From Candidatus Methanogaster sp. (GTDB taxonomy: Archaea > Halobacteriota > Methanosarcinia > Methanosarcinales > Methanogasteraceae): DNA of 64,000 nt. The DNA is taken from positions 950 through 64,949 of the forward strand of contig QBUV01000091.1 of NCBI GenBank assembly GCA_013572355.1, read 5' to 3'. The notes under the pieces were generated by a model. It ran no database searches and had not been told where the DNA came from. It saw only the letters and a list, made by a program, of their open reading frames with translations. Numbering within the stretch: position 1 is the stretch's first letter; every line of letters starts with the position of its first letter. The position numbers and the translations under genes are program-made. This document shows positions 58,673 to 64,000 of the stretch, in pieces.

Positions 58673-61360
58673 TCAAAGCTCCAGCGTCACACGCACCATT
58701 CCATGATCCCGCTCCGGCTCTATCGCAAAACCGCGGCTTTCGCATAACCCGAGCATGTTTTGGTTATCAGATAGTGCCTCGCCCCATATCCGCCGTAACC
58801 TGAAGTCTCTTGCGACATCGATCACCATATCCAGCAGTTTCCCGCCGACCCCGCGTCCCTGCCACCGGTCTGTGACCGCCTCCCCGAACTCAGCAGTCTC
58901 TTCACCAGGCTCGGTGATCAGTCTTCCAACGCCGACCATCCGGGTCTCGCCATCCTCTTTTACGAACGCCGCAATCGCAATCTCACGGTCGTAGTCGATG
59001 TTGCAGAACCGTACAGCCATGCTGTGGTCGAAGGACTGCGGTCCGAAGAACCGGTATCGCACAGTCTCCTTGGAGAATGAATTCACGAGATCGATCCAGA
59101 GCTTCTCATCCTCCGGGCGGATCACCCTGAGCACGATCTCGATTCCTTCCTTGTTGACCCACTTCTGCTGGTATTTCGTCGGGTATCTGCTGATGATGAG
59201 GTGCTTTCCAGGTGGTATCACAGTACCGACCTTCTTCGGGTCGATGATGATGCGTGCATCGAGCGCAATGATCGATTTATCGTCCACGTAGATCGGGTTG
59301 ATATCCATCTCGACGATTTCCGGGAAGTCTATGAGCATGTACGATATTTTAACAAGCGTCTCCTCGATAAAAAGGATGTTCGCAGGAGGTTTATCGCGGA
59401 ATCCCTTCAGGAGGCTGTATATTTTGGTATCCTCGATCATGCGCCGTGCAAGAACCTGATTCAGTGGTGGAAAGCCGAGTGTCAGATCCCTGAACAGTTC
59501 GACAGCGGTTCCGCCCGCGCCAAAGAGGATCGCAGGACCGAATAAGGGATCAAACTTGGAGCCGATGATGATCTCGTAACCCTGATCCCTATCGATCATC
59601 TTCTGGACCGTTGCCCCGGTGATCAGGGCATCGGGCTGGCTCGCTTTCGTGTTTGCAACCACGCGCTCAAACGCGCCCGCCGCATCCTCTGGCGTCGCCA
59701 CATCGAGAATCACGCCGCCCACATCGGTCTTGTGCGTCACATCAGGCGAGAGGATCTTCACAGCCACAGGAAATCCGATCTCGCTTGCAAGACTGGCGCA
59801 CGCATCTCTACTTTTAGCGACAAGCATCCTTGCAACCGGGATCTGGTACGCATCAAGCACGGATTTTGCCTCGGTCTCGGTTAAGATGGTTCTCTTCTCG
59901 CTGGCAACCGCTCTGAAGAGATTCTTCACTTCGTCCCGCCGCGGGGTGAAAGTTCTCACGATGTCGCCGGGCGCCTCGTAGAGGGACGCGATGTTCTTGG
60001 TGTACTGGTACATCTGCAGGTAGACATCGACAGCCTGCTCAGGTGTCTCAAAATTCGGGATGCTGTTTCGTTCGAGGATGTCTCTTCCGGATTCCACCGC
60101 GTCCGCACCCATCCACGACGCAAGAAGCGGCTTGTAATGCGGCATATTTCCGCTGGCAACCTCTGAAACGAGTTTCGCAGCACCGCCCGGATCAGTCATC
60201 GCCTGCGGTGTCAGGAGCACAATGATGCCATCGACGTTCTTATCCTGAAGTAGGTACGTAACCGCGTCCCGGTAGCGTTCAGGCGTTGCATCACCAAGGA
60301 TGTCGACAGGGTTCTCGCGGCTCCAGAACGGAGGAAGCACCTTATCCAGAGCTTCCACAGTCTCATCAGAGAGTTCTGCGATAACGCCGCCCTTATCGAT
60401 CAGCCGGTCCGCCGCAAGAACGCCGGGACCGCCTGCGTTTGTGATGATGGCAAGACGCGGTCCACGCGGTCTCGTCTGGACTGCAAGCGCTGCCGAGCAT
60501 CCGAAGAGGTCCTCGATCTCAAGCACCCTTATTGCGCCAGCACGCTTAAATGCAGCATCGTAGAAGTTGTCATCGCCGGCAAGGGCACCCGTGTGCGAGG
60601 CTGCTGCTTTTGCGGATCTTGCGAACCTGCCTGACTTGACGACGATGATCGGTTTATTCTTTGCAAAGTGCCTTGCCGCACTCATGAACTCGCGCACGTC
60701 TTTGAGGGACTCGATGTAGAGCATGATGCTGCCTGTTTCCGGATCCATTCCGAAGTAGTCGATCAGGTCGCCAAAGTCAACATCCAGCATCGAGCCGATC
60801 GATACGAACGCGCTAAACCCGATATGCCTGTGAGCGCACATATCGAGCACTGCCGTGCAGAGCGCGCCGCTCTGGGATATGAATGCGACGCTTCCGTGCT
60901 CGGGCATCAGATGCGCGAAACTTGCGTTTAAGGAAAAGCGCGGCATGATGATCCCGAGACAGTTCGGTCCTATGATCCGGATGCCGTAACTTCTTGCGAT
61001 TTTACCGATCCGTTCCTCAAGTTTCCTGCCCTCTTTCCCGATCTCCTTAAAGCCCGCCGAGATTATTATGACGCCGCCGACCCCGGCAACTCCGCACTCC
61101 TCCAGAATATCAGGTACGTGCATTGCAGGGACTGCGATGATCGCAAGATCGATGCGTGCCGGGATCTGCGAGATGCTGCCGTACGCGTGTATCCCCTGGA
61201 CGCTTGAGCGTACGTTGTTAACAGGATACACAACGCCCTCGTAGCCCACGCCGATCAGGTTGTGCAGTAGCATGTAACCGACAGAGCCCTTCGTGTTACT
61301 TGCCCCGATCACTGCAATGCTCTTTGGTTTGAATATCTTGTCGAGACCCTTGACGCTCAT
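58673..61360 (-). CDS. Acetate--CoA ligase (ADP-forming)-family / GNAT acetyltransferase fusion (Pat-like)
   Basis: IAVIGAS, GPNCLG, SQSG, SHTGALAG, NPVD, HKTDVGGV ATP-grasp, C-terminal GNAT WQGRGVG. Confidence 0.93.
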   Translation of the reverse strand: MSVKGLDKIFKPKSIAVIGASNTKGSVGYMLLHNLIGVGYEGVVYPVNNVRSSVQGIHAYGSISQIPARIDLAIIAVPAMHVPDILEECGVAGVGGVIIISAGFKEIGKEGRKLEERIGKIARSYGIRIIGPNCLGIIMPRFSLNASFAHLMPEHGSVAFISQSGALCTAVLDMCAHRHIGFSAFVSIGSMLDVDFGDLIDYFGMDPETGSIMLYIESLKDVREFMSAARHFAKNKPIIVVKSGRFARSAKAAASHTGALAGDDNFYDAAFKRAGAIRVLEIEDLFGCSAALAVQTRPRGPRLAIITNAGGPGVLAADRLIDKGGVIAELSDETVEALDKVLPPFWSRENPVDILGDATPERYRDAVTYLLQDKNVDGIIVLLTPQAMTDPGGAAKLVSEVASGNMPHYKPLLASWMGADAVESGRDILERNSIPNFETPEQAVDVYLQMYQYTKNIASLYEAPGDIVRTFTPRRDEVKNLFRAVASEKRTILTETEAKSVLDAYQIPVARMLVAKSRDACASLASEIGFPVAVKILSPDVTHKTDVGGVILDVATPEDAAGAFERVVANTKASQPDALITGATVQKMIDRDQGYEIIIGSKFDPLFGPAILFGAGGTAVELFRDLTLGFPPLNQVLARRMIEDTKIYSLLKGFRDKPPANILFIEETLVKISYMLIDFPEIVEMDINPIYVDDKSIIALDARIIIDPKKVGTVIPPGKHLIISRYPTKYQQKWVNKEGIEIVLRVIRPEDEKLWIDLVNSFSKETVRYRFFGPQSFDHSMAVRFCNIDYDREIAIAAFVKEDGETRMVGVGRLITEPGEETAEFGEAVTDRWQGRGVGGKLLDMVIDVARDFRLRRIWGEALSDNQNMLGLCESRGFAIEPERDHGMVRVTLEL

Positions 61361-61715
61361 CCGATCGCCTCCCTATTTGGTGTTGATTGTTATGCGGCGG
61401 TTCTATTAAGACGTTTCGATGTTTTGGGTTTTAAGCTTCTCGAAAATCACGAATGGATCGGCTAAGAACCGATCCGAGAAGCCATGCAGCCCCGAACGTT
61501 ACCCGGAACAGCACGAACGAAAAAAAGAGATATATAGCATACGGACATCCTATATACTTATTAAGGTAAAGTATATGTGCACCGATCGCCTACGTGGTGG
61601 TGGCGATCTCGAAAATGCAGAAACGAACCGTTACATCCCAGAGGATGGTGCTTGGCAATTCATCTTTACTCGATTTCTCGCGTGTGTCGCTTACCTGTAA
61701 AATAACTGTGCGGAC

Positions 61716-62600
61716 GTGAGAATGAAAACCAGCGAGAGAATCATCGAAATCCTTCTCTTCCTCTCGGCAGCGACCGCGGTCTTGATCGTTGCGTTGATAC
61801 TCATCTTTCTCTTAAAAGAGGGGCTCCCGGTACTTGTAAAAGTGGGGATTGCCAATTTCTGTCTCGGAATGAACTGGAACCCAATCGCGATAGCAGGAGA
61901 ACCGTCGTACGGGATTTTCCCGATGATTGTGGCGTCGTTCTATGTTGCGATAGGGTCGCTTATCATAGCAGTGCCGCTCGGACTTGCATGCGCGGTCTTT
62001 CTTGCCGAGATTGCGCCGTCGTGGGCAAGATCGATACTCAAACATGCAATCGAACTTCTTGTCGGCATCCCGTCAGTTATCCTCGGGTTTGTAGGGCTTG
62101 TGCTGCTGGTTCCGTTCATCAGGGATCATTTCGGGGGCTGGGGATTCTCCATTCTCGCAGGATCGATCATCCTTGCGATAATGGCGCTTCCGCGTATCAT
62201 CAGCATCTCGGATGATGCGATCAGGTCTGTTCCGCGTGAGTACAAGGAAGCATCGCTTGCGCTTGGTGCAACGCACTGGCACACGATCAGGAAGGTGATC
62301 CTGCCAAGCGCACGATCAGGGATCGTCGCAGCAGTCATACTCGCAATGGCTACTTCCATCGGCGAGACGATGGCGGTCTTGATGGTCGTTGGCAATACCC
62401 CGATACTCCCGGCTCCGATCTATGATATTCTCGATCCGGTAAGACCGATGACCTCGAATATCGTGCTTGAGATGAGTTATGCGACAGGAGACCACGCAAG
62501 TGCGCTATTTGCGACAGGGATCGTGCTCTTCGTCGTGGTTGCTGTACTGAATGCGATATCGCACAAAGCACTGAAATCAAAGATGGGTACCAGACGATGA
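61716..62600 (+). CDS. pstC: Phosphate ABC transporter permease PstC
   Basis: [29 protein letters not shown]. Confidence 0.95.
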   Translation: MRMKTSERIIEILLFLSAATAVLIVALILIFLLKEGLPVLVKVGIANFCLGMNWNPIAIAGEPSYGIFPMIVASFYVAIGSLIIAVPLGLACAVFLAEIAPSWARSILKHAIELLVGIPSVILGFVGLVLLVPFIRDHFGGWGFSILAGSIILAIMALPRIISISDDAIRSVPREYKEASLALGATHWHTIRKVILPSARSGIVAAVILAMATSIGETMAVLMVVGNTPILPAPIYDILDPVRPMTSNIVLEMSYATGDHASALFATGIVLFVVVAVLNAISHKALKSKMGTRR

Positions 62601-63445
62601 CATCATTAATCTCACCGGCTACATCAGACAGGGCAGCAAAGGTGATGCTGTGGGTCTCCGCATCCATATCCATACTGACACTTATGTTTATTCTCGGTTA
62701 TATCGTGGTTCAGGGGATTCCTGTGTTGACGCTCTCGTTCCTGCTCGAATCACCGAGGTTAAGCGGGGCAGAAGGCGGCATCCTCCCCGCGATCGTGGGA
62801 ACGCTCTGCCTCCTGCTGGTGGCGCTACTTTCCGCGGTCCCTATCGGCATCGGCGCTGCGATATACCTTGCAGAGTACGCGCATGAAGGTGCGGTGACCC
62901 GCATCATCTCCTTCGGTGTCGAGTGTCTGGCAGGCATCCCCTCGATAGTGATCGGGCTCTTCGGATACGCATTCCTTGTAATCTACCTCGGATTCGGTTT
63001 CTCGATCATCTCAGGCGGGCTTGCGCTCATGTTCATGATACTGCCGTGGGTCGTCAGGGTCTCGGAGGAGTCGCTCAAAGCAGTGCCGGGCGGTCTGCGT
63101 GAGGCAAGTCTTGCGCTCGGCGCGACGAAATGGCAGACCGTGAGCCGGGTGGTGCTCCCAAGCGCAGTTCCCGGCATCACGACAGGGGTCATACTCGGGA
63201 TCGGAAAAGCGATCGGGGAGACTGCTGTCATCATGTTTACAGCCGGGTCATCGCTTCTGATGCCGACTTCCCTCTTCGATCCGGTGCGTGCGCTGCCGTA
63301 TCACCTCTATATCCTTGCATCAGAGGGCATCTCTGATCCAATGGCTTACGGCAGTTCGGTTGTGCTGCTTGTGATGGTACTTGTGATCAATCTTGCAGCG
63401 GTTGCGATCCAGCGGCATTACGGGAGGCATCATGTCAGAAATTGA
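62597..63445 (+). CDS. pstA: Phosphate ABC transporter permease PstA
   Basis: [34 protein letters not shown]. Confidence 0.95.
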   Translation: MTSLISPATSDRAAKVMLWVSASISILTLMFILGYIVVQGIPVLTLSFLLESPRLSGAEGGILPAIVGTLCLLLVALLSAVPIGIGAAIYLAEYAHEGAVTRIISFGVECLAGIPSIVIGLFGYAFLVIYLGFGFSIISGGLALMFMILPWVVRVSEESLKAVPGGLREASLALGATKWQTVSRVVLPSAVPGITTGVILGIGKAIGETAVIMFTAGSSLLMPTSLFDPVRALPYHLYILASEGISDPMAYGSSVVLLVMVLVINLAAVAIQRHYGRHHVRN

Positions 63446-64000
63446 GATCGAAAGCAGAAACCTGGATTTATGGTATGGCAGCGCGCAGGCGCTAAAGAAC
63501 ATCTCGATGGCGATGCCTGAAAAGAAGGTGACCGCGATAATCGGGCCATCCGGATGCGGCAAGTCTACGTTCATCAGGTGCATCAACCGGATGAACGATC
63601 TGGTCAAGGACTGCCGCATCACCGGAGAACTGCTCTTTGAGGGCACGGACATCTACGGCAACAGCGTGGACGCGGTCGAACTCCGGAAGAAGATCGGGAT
63701 GGTATTCCAGAAGCCAAATCCGTTCCCGATGTCGATCTACGACAACGTCGCTTACGGACCCCGCGTGCACGGTCTCAGGAACAAGGAGGAACTTGACCGG
63801 ATCGTCGAAGGGAGCTTGAAAGCCTCTGCGCTCTGGAACGAAGTTGGAGACATTCTGGATCGGTCCGCGGTCGATTTAAGCGGCGGGCAGCAGCAGCGGC
63901 TCTGCATCGCCAGAACGCTTGCAGTGAAGCCCAAAGTCATACTGTTCGATGAGCCGTGCAGCGCTCTTGACCCGATCTCGACTGCGAAGATCGAGGATCT
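63432..64000 (+). CDS. pstB: Phosphate ABC transporter ATPase PstB, 3'-truncated by window edge
   Basis: Hand translation [52 protein letters not shown]. Confidence 0.96.
   Translation, partial: MSEIEIESRNLDLWYGSAQALKNISMAMPEKKVTAIIGPSGCGKSTFIRCINRMNDLVKDCRITGELLFEGTDIYGNSVDAVELRKKIGMVFQKPNPFPMSIYDNVAYGPRVHGLRNKEELDRIVEGSLKASALWNEVGDILDRSAVDLSGGQQQRLCIARTLAVKPKVILFDEPCSALDPISTAKIED

Noticed and set aside
61419..61700. ORF upstream of pstC as a pstS remnant
   Set aside because: No PstS motifs; it overlaps the probable promoter.
414..63940. Numerous 60-280 aa antisense or alternate-frame ORFs in the track (e.g. 57178-58032, 51162-51887, 32864-33538)
   Set aside because: They are shadows of well-supported genes in GC-rich DNA and carry no motifs.
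1..64000. CRISPR array, rRNA, SRP or RNase P RNA, intact transposase or integrase
   Set aside because: No regularly spaced repeats or recognisable signatures were found by eye.

Overview
Core-genome window of a euryarchaeon of the order Methanosarcinales. The S-layer DUF1608/PGF-CTERM proteins, mch, GatD, Pus10, Trm56, ArcTGT and Fe-S RpoD support this; a 16-heme cytochrome lipoprotein suggests an ANME-2-like methanotroph (inference). It holds about 65 CDSs (translation, tRNA modification, central metabolism, ion transport, pstCAB) and six tRNAs. No intact transposase, integrase or CRISPR array was seen. Main signals: (1) a dispersed family of non-coding palindromes built from ~9-nt periodic units, one with terminal inverted repeats and a 5-bp target duplication, three sharing a ~35-bp end motif; (2) reshuffled conserved operons, notably L19e coupled to rpoD-tRNA-Leu while S13-S4-S11 lacks rpoD; (3) a 4x tetraheme cytochrome; (4) an orphan nfu-nifB pair; (5) a candidate sRNA with two CCUCCU hairpin loops; (6) truncated HEPN and MazF toxin relics; (7) a tRNA-Gln(UUG) with C33. 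All product calls come from motif recognition by eye; no searches were run.
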